DNA of 64,000 bases. Origin: Vicugna vicugna. Its lineage: Eukaryota. The notes below the pieces were generated by a model. The model ran no database searches and had not been told where the DNA came from. It saw nothing but the letters and a program-made list of their open reading frames with translations. Positions 51,898-64,000 of this stretch are shown piece by piece (positions within the stretch are counted from its first letter, which is position 1; the number at the start of each line of letters is the position of its first letter). A program made the translations under genes and the position numbers. The stretch is from positions 5,934,716 through 5,998,715 of the forward strand of contig MU058337.1 of assembly GCA_013265495.1 (NCBI GenBank), given 5' to 3'.

Positions 51898-54800
51898 TTT
51901 AGACTCCTGTTTATCAAACTGTGTAATACAAACCATTTAGTAGTTCATGAAACCACTTTACTGGGCCAGTCCAGCAAGACAAATTATGAGGGCACTTTGC
52001 ACATGCTATTTGTCATGAGTATGTGTGTATAGTTAAGACATGATGTAAAATACATTTGTTACAATGGTTCACAAAGTAGTCACTTCTATAGATACATCTG
52101 CACATCATACACAACCAACAGGAAAAAAGGCAAAATATGGGAATCTTTTAAAACGTAAGATGCTGAATGAGTGTTTCATTTGGTCTAATGTATTATTAGC
52201 TGCACTGACTCAGACACTACTGAGAAAGGAGTTTCCCAGATAAAAATCAAACATCATTCATCACATCTGCCAGGCAAACTGATAAAATGCATAACAACTT
52301 CAATCGTTTTATTATACTGAAACAGATCCTCAAATTTTACCAATGACTAATTTCCAACAAATTTGATATGAGTGCTAAAGACTTCCTGACTTCTACAATT
52401 CAACTAAATTTGTTTCTACACTTTTTAAAAGAATCTCAGGTAATTTTAATCGAGAAGTATTGCAAAAATCATCTACTCCATCCTCCATGCACTGTGGATG
52501 TCTCTCCTACAGCACTGTTGGACAGATGGCTACATGTGACCTACAGAACTCCTTCAATTGTAGGAAACTGGAAAACTCTTTCAAGGCTTTCTAAACCATT
52601 AGCCAGTTAGTTCTCATACTGAGCCAGATTGTTTCTTTGTGACTTCCACCCATTGTTCTCACTTTTCCAATCCAAAGTAACACTGAACAGTTCTATTCCC
52701 TCCTAGACCTGTACACCACCAACCTTGAAGGATATAGACTGCAGTTAGATATCCTAAAACTTGTTCAATAAAAGGAGTTACATCCTGACCACTCTGGCCA
52801 TGTCAAAAAGGGGGTATTCAGGTCCAAAAAGGCAACGTACCAGAGATTCTATCATAACCAAACTATTCTTAGGATAATGGTTATAGCATAAGGCTACTCC
52901 TGATCACGGACCAGAGTGGACCCAACTCCTACATGTTCCCCTATGGCTTGATACAGTGGTCTATTCTGGCTCTGACCTTCACCTCCGAATGTTCTCCATT
53001 ACCTGTATGTATGCCCTTTGGTTCTTCTCTTGCTGAAATCCCTGGCCCAGTTGGTCCCAGTGTCTTGAAATACATGTACCAAAAGTAACTGTTCCTCACA
53101 GCATCAGACTCAAGTCCAGTCTATGTCATTTAGACCTAACATTGTTCCAAGGCAGAAAGGGGCTCGGATTTCCCCTTGGGTAATGAGATGAGCATTAATC
53201 ATTGGCTCAATATATGGTCAATATATGGTACACCCTACCAAACTGATACTTCGTGTGCTGGACACAGTCAACAAATGAACACAAATCAGCAGTGCCCAGT
53301 GTTCAACAACTGGGCCAAGTTGATGACAGCAGCAATATTCCTTAATAATTAGTCTTCTCTTCTCCAGGCTAACCATCCTTCAAAGTTCTTGACGCAAGAT
53401 GGATTTCTCAGTCTCTAACATCATAATCTCTTTTTTTTTGTACACATACAAAAAAAAAGGAAGAAAAGATTTTTCAGCTCTTTTCTAACAACAGTAACCT
53501 TTTCAAATCATGAAATAGTAGATGTTAAAATGTAAAGGACTTTGTCTAACGTCAGAATCATGCTGAGGGAGTCTGTGACTGGAGGTTATATAATCATACT
53601 GTGGATCAATCCCAGACATTATTAGCTTATTCTCACATCTCGTAAATTGTAAATTAACTTCTAAATAAAGAGGCAGAAATAGTAATTACTAAATATTATT
53701 TATATCTGATATTCTCATAAATTCTAAGGTATCATATAGAAACAGAGTGATTTTTTTAAGTTACAAAATGTCCAACTGTCAAATTTCAACAAGTAATCTG
53801 ACATCAACCGAAATATGAAATCCAAAATAAAAAGGAAAAATTCTGGGTTTAATGGTTACTGACCACAGAATAATAATTTGAGGGGAAAACCATTTTTTTT
53901 ACAACAGCATTAATTTCAAGTTTATAGGCCAATTAGAATTCTTTAAAAAATGCTAAATTAGACTTAAGTTATTTCGCTAAAGAGACATAACATTTTACAG
54001 AACAATGTTATATTATCATTACTTTTCATTAAAAATATTTTTAAGATTTTTAAAAGGTCACTTCAACCTCCAGGTAATAACTATATTCCTGAATTTTCTT
54101 CTAAATTCTTCTGTGTTTTGTCTTTCACAATTAAATCTTAAGATCTAACATTTTGTATATAGTAAGCAGAAAAATGCCCATAGATACTAATTTCCATTTA
54201 TGAGCTCCCTATTCTATTAAACTGATACATTTATTCATTTTTCTCATTTGTTTTCTTTCAAGCAATTCATTCTTATCCTTTATATTTTACTTTTTAGATA
54301 CAGAGGCTTTGCAATATGTTTTAATACATGGAAGCCAATTTTCCTCTTTACTTTTCATAATCTTCTTGGCTATTCACAGAAATCTGTAATTATATATAAG
54401 CTTTTAAATCACTTACATAGTAAGCCTTGTGTATCTAACTGGATTATATAAAATTTGTGTATTAATTTGGGAAAGACTGGCACTCATATACTATCGAGTC
54501 CCCCAAGCAACACTGATTTTTTTCCATGTGTTCAGACTGCGTTTCTTGTTCCTTGACAAGATTGTACAGTTTTCTTCATAGAGACATACTGACTTCTGAG
54601 GCTTCCACAGTGACAATGAGAGACTTCTCAGTTTTCATGTTGTCATGATTCAACTTTTTAAAGTTGCTTAATCAGTTAAAAATCAAATTTCAGCTTTATA
54701 TTTTCTAAAATGCTACCACCTCTTTTCCTTTATGGGCTTATGTCTTTAAAAAATTAAATTTAGTGGGTTTGGGGGTAAGGAAAAATGTGTATAATTAAGG

Positions 54801-55646
54801 TATCACCTTTACTGCAAATTGGTTAAAGTACTTTCTTCAGTAATTTCCTCAGAAAGGGTATAAATGATGATATACTTCTGAATTTTTATTTTAAAATCTC
54901 TCTTTTCAATATTGACAAATGAAGGACACCTTAGCTGGGCAGGGCACTCGTAAGCAAGTTCTTTCCTACGTAGCAGATATTTAGTTTAAGGTTTTCTAAA
55001 CTTCATTTTATAGAGTCTGAAAATGATTTCATTCTACATTCTTTGCACATAACCCTTTCTTTCTACAAGCTTTAAAAAGTTTTTTGTTCTTGATATGCCT
55101 AGAATAGTTTTTTTTCCCATTAATCTTGTCTGAAACTCAGTGAGTCTTTCCAACAGCATCTCAAGACTTTCTGAAGAACAGCAGCAACAAAAAAAACTCC
55201 TCTACTTTTCCTTTAAAATTAACCTTTCCTTGTCTATTTTATTTTCATTAAACTCCTGTTATTTACACATAAAATCTCTTGGTTCTTCTCTCCACATCTC
55301 TCATCATTTCCCACATTTCATTCTCTCTGCCATTTTGCTACATATTTCGAGATCTTTCCTCCATTTACTTCTTTGGGTCAACTATAATCTGGTTATTAAC
55401 AGTGATCGTCCTTTCACTTTGCTGAAATGTCTTTTTTATTTCTAACACTGACAGTTTTTAGCTTTCCTCTAATTTAATACCCGTAAGTGTTCTTACTATT
55501 TTTCAGGAAGCACAGTCACCCGCCTCCCACGCCTGCAGGTCTAAAGCAGTATCGTCTGCCTCCAGGGACTCCTGTAGGTCTTCCCCCCTAGACGGGTAAT
55601 CCCCCTTTGCTGTATGCTGCGACTCTTGTTTGCTCAAAGGGTTAGG

Positions 55647-55852
55647 CAGTGGTTTGCTGGTAAATGTTTAACAACCAACCAGGGTGTGGAGAAAGGGCAG
55701 TGCCCCAGTATGTAGCATCTGCCGATCTCCTTACTGTAAATACTCTCTCCAAGGCTGATTTCAAACTACCAACATTACACCAAAGAAGATGGATCAGGAA
55801 GAGATACACATATTGGCTCTCCTGAGGCAGAATGGTAGCCCCAGCACCTATG
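55647..55852. mobile_element. MER63A-like hAT-Blackjack element
   Basis: cagtggtttgctggtaaatgtttaacaacc...tgtaaatactc...gatttcaaactaccaac...ggaagagatacaca. Confidence 0.75.
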
Positions 55853-58800
55853 GAATAGTCCTTGGAGAGGTGTCTCAATAGTCTAAATGCTACCTAATCC
55901 TTGAAGCCATCCTTGATTCCCTAAATCAGAACTGGTTTCTTTTTTCTCTGCTCTCAGAACACTTTGCTTGTAACTTTACCTTGGCACTTATTTCTTTCCA
56001 TCCTGTAATGTAGTTATTAGTTCTTTACATGTTTATTTCCCTAGTGATATAACCTCCTTAAGGACAGGGAAAATATATTAGTTGTCTTTGATTTTCTTCT
56101 AGAGCCTACACCAATTATTTGTTGAATGATTTTAGTGACTGAATTTTTAAGGGCAACACTTCAGTCATGTATTACAGTACCACTTCTAAAGTTACAGAAA
56201 CACATGATTAAACTCCAGAAGAAAAAAGAGAGAGAGAGAAGTATAATTAATGGTAGACTTCTGTGTTAAATCAAATTTTTCTAAAAATTCTGCAACTTTT
56301 CAAAGAGAAAGACAATTCTGATAATTTCTTGTGATGGGGCTAGTGGTCGAAGGCAACAGAGAAATAAGTCCAAAACGTCCATTCTAGGCTAAGTGAAATT
56401 ATATGTCTTAAAATATCTTCTTTCTCATTTTCTTTTTATTTCAAAATCAAAATATCTACTTCTCCATTTTCCATTTATTTTTCAGAATTAAAAAAAAACT
56501 TTCAAAATAAGGATCTAATAAGTTGACATGAAGAACAAATTCTTATGTATCCTATTTTTAAATTTTAGACACAACTGTTTCAAAGTTCAGTCTAAGAGCC
56601 TTTAGTAACACTGCCCTACTCTACAAATAAACTTGGGACAATAAACATATATAATAGAGAATTTTAATGCAGTCATAAAAACAGGCACTTGCTTATGAAT
56701 AGTGCCTAGGATAGCTGGACAGATGGGAAGCAGATGGGTAATCCCAAAGGGGCAAAATGACCCAGCCTCAAACATATGGGTAAGATCCTGGATTAACTTC
56801 AGTTGCCACTTCCCGCTGTCTCTTTCAGGCACATACATCAAACAATCAAAGATGATACAGTTTAATATACCTAAGACCTGCTCCGGGGAAAAATCAGGAA
56901 GGAGAAAGAGTAATCTGAAGAAGAACAAGAGACAGCAGCCATTCAGAGAAGAAAGAACTGACATGAACATAATATGAAGGAATGAAAAAAATAAGTGGTA
57001 GACATAACGAATGGCAAATATAAATGTGTGCTTTTAAAGTCCTTGTAGGCAACATGACAACATAGAGCATACACTGAAAACTTTGGTGATTTATGACTTT
57101 GAACGCTAGCACAACTGAATGAGTACTGAAACAGAAGTTGAAAACTCTAAGTTTAATTTCTGGCTTTATGATATTGCTGGTCACTTAGACTTAGTCTTTC
57201 TGGGCTTCGGTTTCCTCCCAGGTAAAATGAAGGCTGATATTAAAAAGTGCTAAAGACTCTCCTAAAAAAACTTACAACAATTTGAGAATTGTTATGCATA
57301 AGCATAAGAAACAAACTACAGTGCCTGGGCTGACAATTCCCTGCCAAAAAAGAAATGTAGTATATTAAGTTTATTACAGCAAATTGCAATATTAGGTTTT
57401 AAGAAAATTTCTGAGAATTTGGAACATTTTCAATTGCTGCTAAATTTCAATTACTACCAAATATGCATATATATAAACACATGTATAAATGTGCTTATGT
57501 ATAAATACCCATGCATACATAAAATATGTCTGTTCTAAAGATTTCCTTAAGTTTTGACCTGTTGTCTCCTTCTGCCTACTGTTTCATGTCATACCACCAT
57601 TCCAGACTTGCTAGTCAGGCAGACATAAAAGCATATGGAATTCCAGAGTCCACTTCACAACTTAGGACAATTTTCAATTAAAATTTTGGAAAGGTCAAGA
57701 AGCCAAAACATTAGGATCAAAATAAAATAAAAATGTAATCTGGATACATGTATAGTTAATTAAAAACGGTCAAGGTAATACCTTCTTGCCTATACTAGGA
57801 ACAAGATTCTTTCCATTAACTCAACAAATATTTATTTAGTGTGTTTTAGTTGCTAGGATACAATAAAAAGCAATAACATAAGTAGTTTCTGGATTCATGA
57901 AATCAACAGATAATAATGAAATAATCACACAAGTATACAACTGCAATTATGTTAAGACTGCAGTTTATTTTTTTAAAAATTCAAAAGTTCAGGAAAAAGA
58001 ACCTGATGATCCTTTCTTTAGTCTTTAAGTTCTGAAATAAAACACACTATTTCCCTTGATACTAATGATAAAGCCCTGTAACACCAAAGTTTTGAAAGAT
58101 CAAATCAGTAATCTCTAGTTAGTCTTATGAAAACTCTGTATCATAAATTCTGAGCTACAAAACTGCTTTGTAAATGTACGCAAGAGCTCAACTACATGAA
58201 GCAGACCTGAATCTATATACAGGTCTGAAAATGAATGAGAATTTTATATACTGAAACACTTTAAATAGATATAAAGAACACAAAATTTGTGAGAGAAGAT
58301 CTACTCTTCATAGGTCCCCAAGTTCATCAGAAACATGTAGAGGCTTCTGGCTTTCACCTGCATAACGTTTCTGGTTAAGTCTTATGTAAGTCCTGTCAGT
58401 GTCTCAACACCATGTTAACCATGTTTTCAATGCTCACTTAAGGGTTTTCTGTCTCTCACTTGATGAGCAATTTTCCTACTACCTGGAAACACTCGCTGAT
58501 AACTTTGAAAGGCTAAGATTCACACGTCACTCATTACTTTATTCAAAACTCGTTTTTCAGAATAAAAACCATCATCTTCTTGGACATCTTTATTTTCATT
58601 AATAGGAATAGCACCTGGTATTCTGATATTTTCAGTGCTAATTTTCATAAAGATACAGTTTTAATATTAAAGACGAGTTCCTGTATATACTCATATCAGC
58701 AGGGAATACAAATTTGAATTGACTTTCAGAAACACAACATTCAACATACTAGTTGAATTCCTCACTCAACAAAATTACAGATTATTATACATTCATGAGT

Positions 58801-58951
58801 CACTCATGAATACTCAAAATCATGAATGTCAATAGCCCAAGATACTCTAAGTATATTATAATTCAAGTGTAACATAGGCCAAAGGCCTTAATTTCAGAAA
58901 AGAAAAAATTATACATTGTAATAAAGTATAAAAAATAACTTTAATACACTA

Positions 58952-59137
<186 letters not shown>

Positions 59138-59289
59138 TTAAAAATCTAATTCTTATTATCTGGAGGAATTTATTATTAGTGTCCTATGACCTAGCAAAAA
59201 CCATGCAAGATTACTTAATTCTTTGACTTCAAGTAACAACAAAAAATGTCTGAACTTGAGGCAGTAATAAAACACTAAATGTAAACTTA

Positions 59290-60515
59290 AGCTTGTGACT
59301 GCCAAGTCAGTTCAACGGGGAGATAAATGTCTTTTTAATAAATGGTAAAACTACTAGATATGTATTTGGGAAAAAAGGAAAATCAATCTCAACTCTAACT
59401 CACAGGACATACAAGAATTAACTCAAATTGGATCACAAACCTAAAACTATAAGACTTAGAGAAGGAAACACAGGAGAAAAATCTGTTACCTTGAGGTAGG
59501 CAACAGGTTCTTAGCACCCAAAAATCCATGAACCGTGAAAAGAACATCAACACATTATAGTCCATCAAATTTTAAAAGTCTGCCCTTCGAAGGATACAGT
59601 TAAGAAAATGAAATGGCAAGCCAGACTGACAGAGGATATTCACAACACATGTATCAAACAAAGAACTTGTATCTGGGATATATAAAGAATGCTTACAAAA
59701 TAATAAGATGACAAATGAACCAAGTGAAAAAAGAGGCAAAAAGACCTAAACAGAAATTTCACAAAATATATACAAATGGCCAGTAAGCACAGGAAAAGAA
59801 GATGTTCAATATCACTGTCAAAGAAATATAATGAGATATGCACAAACATCAATTTTAGTGGTTAAAGGTTAAAAGACAGATAGTACCAAGTGTCGGTAAG
59901 AATGTGGAATAAATGGACCCGTCACACCTTGTGGGGGGGGGGGATAAAAATTGATACATTTTATATTTTACTTCCACCTTGGAACTGTTTGACAGTTTCT
60001 TTAAAAGTTAAACATATACTCACCATATGATTCGGACAATTCACTCCTAAGTATTTACCCAAGTTAAAACAAAAATATATGCCTATACAAACACTTATAC
60101 ATGAAGATTAATAGTTATATTTGCAAAGTCAAAACCTGGAAGCAATCTCAATGTCCATTAACAGTGAACAGATTAACAAAATGTGGTTTGCCCATACAAT
60201 GGAATTCTACTCAGCAATAAAAAAAAAATGAGTCCCTAACACACAAAGATGAATCTCAAAATTATTATGCTGAATTAAAGAAGCAAGACCAAAAATAATA
60301 TATACTAAATGAAGCCTAAAGAAAGCAGATCATATGGTTGCGTTGGGAAAGGGTCGGAGAGAGGGTAAACTGCAAAGGCCACAAGGAAACTAGGAGGGGA
60401 CAGAAATGTTTGGTATCTTGATTGTGGTGATGGTTTCACAGGTGTATGTTTATGTCATCAAACTGAATACTTTACATATAAGAAGTTTATTATATGTCAG
60501 GTATACTTCAAAAGA
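59290..60515 (+). mobile_element. Old L1 ORF2 3' part and 3' UTR
   Basis: aattaactcaaattggatcacaaacctaaa; aaagttaaacatatactcaccatatga; catacaatggaattctactcagcaataaaaa. Confidence 0.85.
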
Positions 60516-61019
60516 AGTGGAGGAGGGCTAAGTGGAGGAGGGGAAGGAGGAGGACAAAAGGGAATGAGAAGGAAAAAAGCTTGTTGATCAAGTAGGAAAA
60601 ATCGAGCCGAGTACACAGTGACTACTCCAATGTAAAGTTAAAATAGGTAACCCCCACAAGAGGGATACGAATGGTATCAGGAGAACTCTGAGACAGAAAG
60701 ACTCTATGAAGGGAGTAGATTACAAATACGTTAAACAGGAATAAAAGGTAGAGTGGGGAGGCATCTCAAATCCAGGGAGAGCAGGAATTAGATCAGGTGT
60801 CCACACTACAAGAGGAGGGCGGCTGGAGCAGAGTAAAGCTGAAGCTGAAGAAAACAAGAGGTTTGTTCATTTCTTCCAATTCTTTAACCCACTCCTCTAG
60901 AGTTCTAATCTGCACCACTTCCCTTCACAGCAAACCTAGAAAGCCTGATTCTGCTTTTGCTATTCAAGTCTTATAGAATCCTCATTTATACAAGAATAAC
61001 TATGACGTAAGCAAAGAAT

Positions 61020-61186
61020 CACTGAGGTTCAAGTACTAGATCTACCTCTCATCTTGAGTACGTTATTCAAACTCTCAAAGTTTTAGGTTCCTCATTTGTG
61101 AAATGGTGATAATAATAAAACCTATTCAGTATGACTGTCATGAGGTACAAATGAAATAATGTTTCACACGATGCCAGGCACTCAAG
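61020..61186 (+). mobile_element. MIR SINE fragment (host of the camelid SINE)
   Basis: ggttcctcatttgtgaaatggtgataataata...aaatgaaataatg...tgccaggcac. Confidence 0.7.
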
Positions 61187-61199
61187 AAGGTGCATTATT

Positions 61200-61288
61200 G
61201 GGGTGGTGGGTATAGCTCCATGGTAGAACACATGCTTAGCATGCACGAGGTCCTGGGCTCAATCCCCAGTAAATCCATTTTTAAAATA
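61200..61288 (+). mobile_element. tRNA-Ala(AGC)-derived SINE, camelid Vic-type, inserted in a MIR tail
   Basis: gggtatagctccatggtagaacacatgcttagcatgcacgaggtcctgggctcaatccccagta with A/B-box-like motifs and an A-rich tail. TSD aaggtgcattatt at 61187-61199 and 61289-61301. Confidence 0.9.
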
Positions 61289-61510
61289 AAGGTGCATTAT
61301 TATTATTATTATTATTGTGCTCTTTTATTATCCTTTTATATGAGAATAAATATTGAGAAGACAACATGTAATTTATAAACAGCAGACAGAAGCTGTACAG
61401 CATCCTAAGCCTCAGCACTGACCTTCCAACCTCTAACTTCTAGTTGCATATTTTGCACAAATTTAAGCTTATACGTATTTCTATCTCGAGAGTTTCTCCA
61501 TCCGGTAAGA

Positions 61511-61716
61511 CAAAGGTCAGCAAACTATGGCCTCCAGGTCAAATCCAGCCTACCATCTATTTTCGTAAATAAAGTTTTATAAAACACAGCAGTGTTTACA
61601 TGTGGTTGGCTTCATGCTACAACAGGAGAGCCAAGTAGTTGCAACAGAGACCTTGAGGCCCACAAAGTCTAAGATGTTTCCTCTCTGGCCCTCTGCCAAA
61701 AGCCTGCCCATATTTG
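61511..61716. mobile_element. MER58A-like hAT-Charlie element
   Basis: caaaggtcagcaaactatggcc...gtaaataaagttttat...agtagttgcaacagagacc...ggcccacaaagtctaa. Confidence 0.8.
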
Positions 61717-62023
61717 CTATGAGGTTTTAACAATGCTGATGTTCTGAGCAAGTTAATCTTTATCTCTCAGCATTTTCCCTACACCTACTACTCATGCAGC
61801 AGGTAGCTACCACAGGAAGGAAAATGAGAGTAAACAGTATGGCATGTGCTTTGGGGCAACTTTCAGTAACTAGTTACAGAGCAAGAAAATTACAAGGAAA
61901 AAGGAGACTTAAAAATAAGAAAACTGTGACCCAAAGTGACTCAATTATTTATCTAACATTTAGAACACTATAAATGACAACAGTAAACTACATAAAAATA
62001 TTTTTAACACTGTAGAAGTATAT

Positions 62024-62510
62024 TGTGACAGACTGTTGGTTTCCTCTAAAATGTGCTTTTTATTCTTTCCACAGTAATAAAATCTTAGCTGAACAAATGA
62101 CTATCCCAGACACAGACTCCATTCTCCCACCTATCTACAGCTAGGCATGGCAAACTAGACAGGCAACTAGACAAGTTAGAGTGAGGTATTCAACTCCAGC
62201 CTCACTCATGTGAGAAAAAGACCCACTTGAACCTCCTTCCCTTCCCTTTTTCTGCTGGCTTCCTGATACGACAGGAACTCAGCTTTGGCAACGCAGATGA
62301 CGGAGAGCAACAAGTTGAGCGTGGTGGGGGGCGGAGGGGGGAAGACACAGGTGTGTGTATCTCCTGGAAGGACAACAGGACACTAACCTACCCTATCAGC
62401 ACAGACCAGCCAGAATGTTAAATGAGAAATAGATAAATTTCATCTTATTTATAATCACTGAATTTAAGAACCTTTGTTACAGCAGGTTACCCTGTACCCT
62501 AATGTGTACA
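62024..62510 (+). mobile_element. Old ERVL/MaLR-type solo LTR (LTR33/MLT1-like)
   Basis: Begins tgtgacagactgttggtt and ends ctttgttacagcagg...ccctaatgtgtaca; TG...CA termini. Confidence 0.55.
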
Positions 62511-64000
62511 TACAGGGGAGGAGGTCAAACTTTTCAATATGACTTCCTATCTCTGAGCCAACCAATATTAACAACTTAATACATCCTTCCAGGCATTTTT
62601 CTATGCATCTCTTTATACTAAACCATATTAGCAACCATATGAAAATTTCTGAGCATCTCTCTTCCTGACTCAAAAGATATACTGTGCCTAAAATTTTACA
62701 AAAGCCAACTTTCAATTTATTCAAACTACCTCGAAACACTTAGAGAAAGTTTTAAAATTCAAATGTGAATGCTATTCCTTTAGCTATACAAATATTCCAT
62801 GGAAGAAGTTATTCTATATAGACAACGATCTAATAAATATCCTTGACAACACATGCTCGGGAGAAACGCATAGTTATCCCAAGCTTGCTTTGTGGATAAT
62901 GACTTAGGCCATATTCACTAACATGTTTTGAAGGACTTTGGTAATTATATATATTTCTATGAGGAAATATTGCAAGGTATAATAAACTTCTGATAACACC
63001 AATACTCCTAACAAATCAGTGCCAAGATCTGACACTTGCCTTTATTATAGGTGATATTTTGACAGACAAAAATGAAGAGCAATTAATGAAAGGCAAAGTG
63101 ATAGGACACTTAGACAAAGCAGGTCGGCAAGAATTTAAAATAGAAAACTCCCTGAAAGACTTCACGCTATGAAAGGGAAATGAACCCCTTTGTCATATGT
63201 TTTACAAACGGGACAAAACTAAAGCACCTTTGAGGAAGAAAAGAGTTATGGCTTGCCAGAGAGATTTAAATGCATAGGAAATGACAGATGTGCTGTTCCT
63301 GGAAGAGGAAAGTATTTTGTGTGACTTACACAAATTTTCCTGGCTGGGAAAGAAAATAGAGAAAGACACAGAAGAACACAAAGATGGTAGAATCACGGAG
63401 GCACTTAAAATATTTAAGAATTTTCATCGTGGTAAAAAGTAAATGGATACCACCAGGTATTTCTGTGAAGAGGACTGAAAGAAGTACACCATGGCCAAAG
63501 CATACGAACAAAGAAGAAAATGGTGCACCTGAAAAGTCAAAAGGGGCATTCAGGGTCTGATAGGCAAAGATTTCCCCTTACCTCGCGAGCAACCAGAATG
63601 GATGACACAGGGAAGACAAGATTAGATTCGGGCCTGCCAGAAATCACTCAGGCTGCTATTACAAAACGGACTGGGGAGGGGCAAGAGTGAAGATGGGAAG
63701 AAGCAAGCCGACAACTGCAGGAGACATGCTGACAAACGGCAAGGCCTCCGACCACAGCTAGTGTGTGGACAATTCAGAAGGAGAAAAGCAGCTGGACTTG
63801 AGAGATATTTGGGAGGCGGACAGGGTCTGGTGACTTGGTGGACGCCAAGAATTGGGGAGATGAGCCCAGCACAACACCCAAACTTCTGGCTCTGCAGTGT
63901 TTAGGGAAAAGGAATAGATGGAAATGAAAAAAATCTGATACATTTTTGGCAAGTTAAATTTGAGGGGCCTGTGAGATGAGACTGATCCGCCTAATTAGAG

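Noticed and set aside
53430..53459. 13-bp perfect hairpin (T9/A9 arms)
   Set aside because: Driven by homopolymers; expected in AT-rich DNA.
61200..61275. Functional tRNA-Ala gene
   Set aside because: Stem-disrupting changes, a 5' extension, an A-rich tail and a TSD mark it as a SINE.

Overview
AT-rich mammalian genomic DNA, most likely camelid, judging from a tRNA-Ala-derived Vic-type SINE at 61200-61288. The window lies entirely inside the minus-strand gene PCCA (mitochondrial propionyl-CoA carboxylase alpha chain). Three coding exons are recognisable at 59085-58975, 50136-50028 and 25357-25255. They correspond to human exons 17-19 (numbering recalled from memory), have canonical GT-AG sites and join in phase. 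The rest is intron: one young 5'-truncated L1 with a 13-bp TSD, many old L1/L2/MIR/MaLR/hAT relics, a tailless U2 snRNA retro-fragment and microsatellites. Apart from L1 ORF2 and the ORF overlapping exon 19, the ORF track appears to be noise. I do not see a new multi-gene system. The most unusual structure is a 201-bp inverted duplication (199/201 identical, 12736-12936 / 16971-17171) bracketing the young L1. Repeat subfamily names are from recalled consensus sequences, and boundaries of old repeats are approximate.
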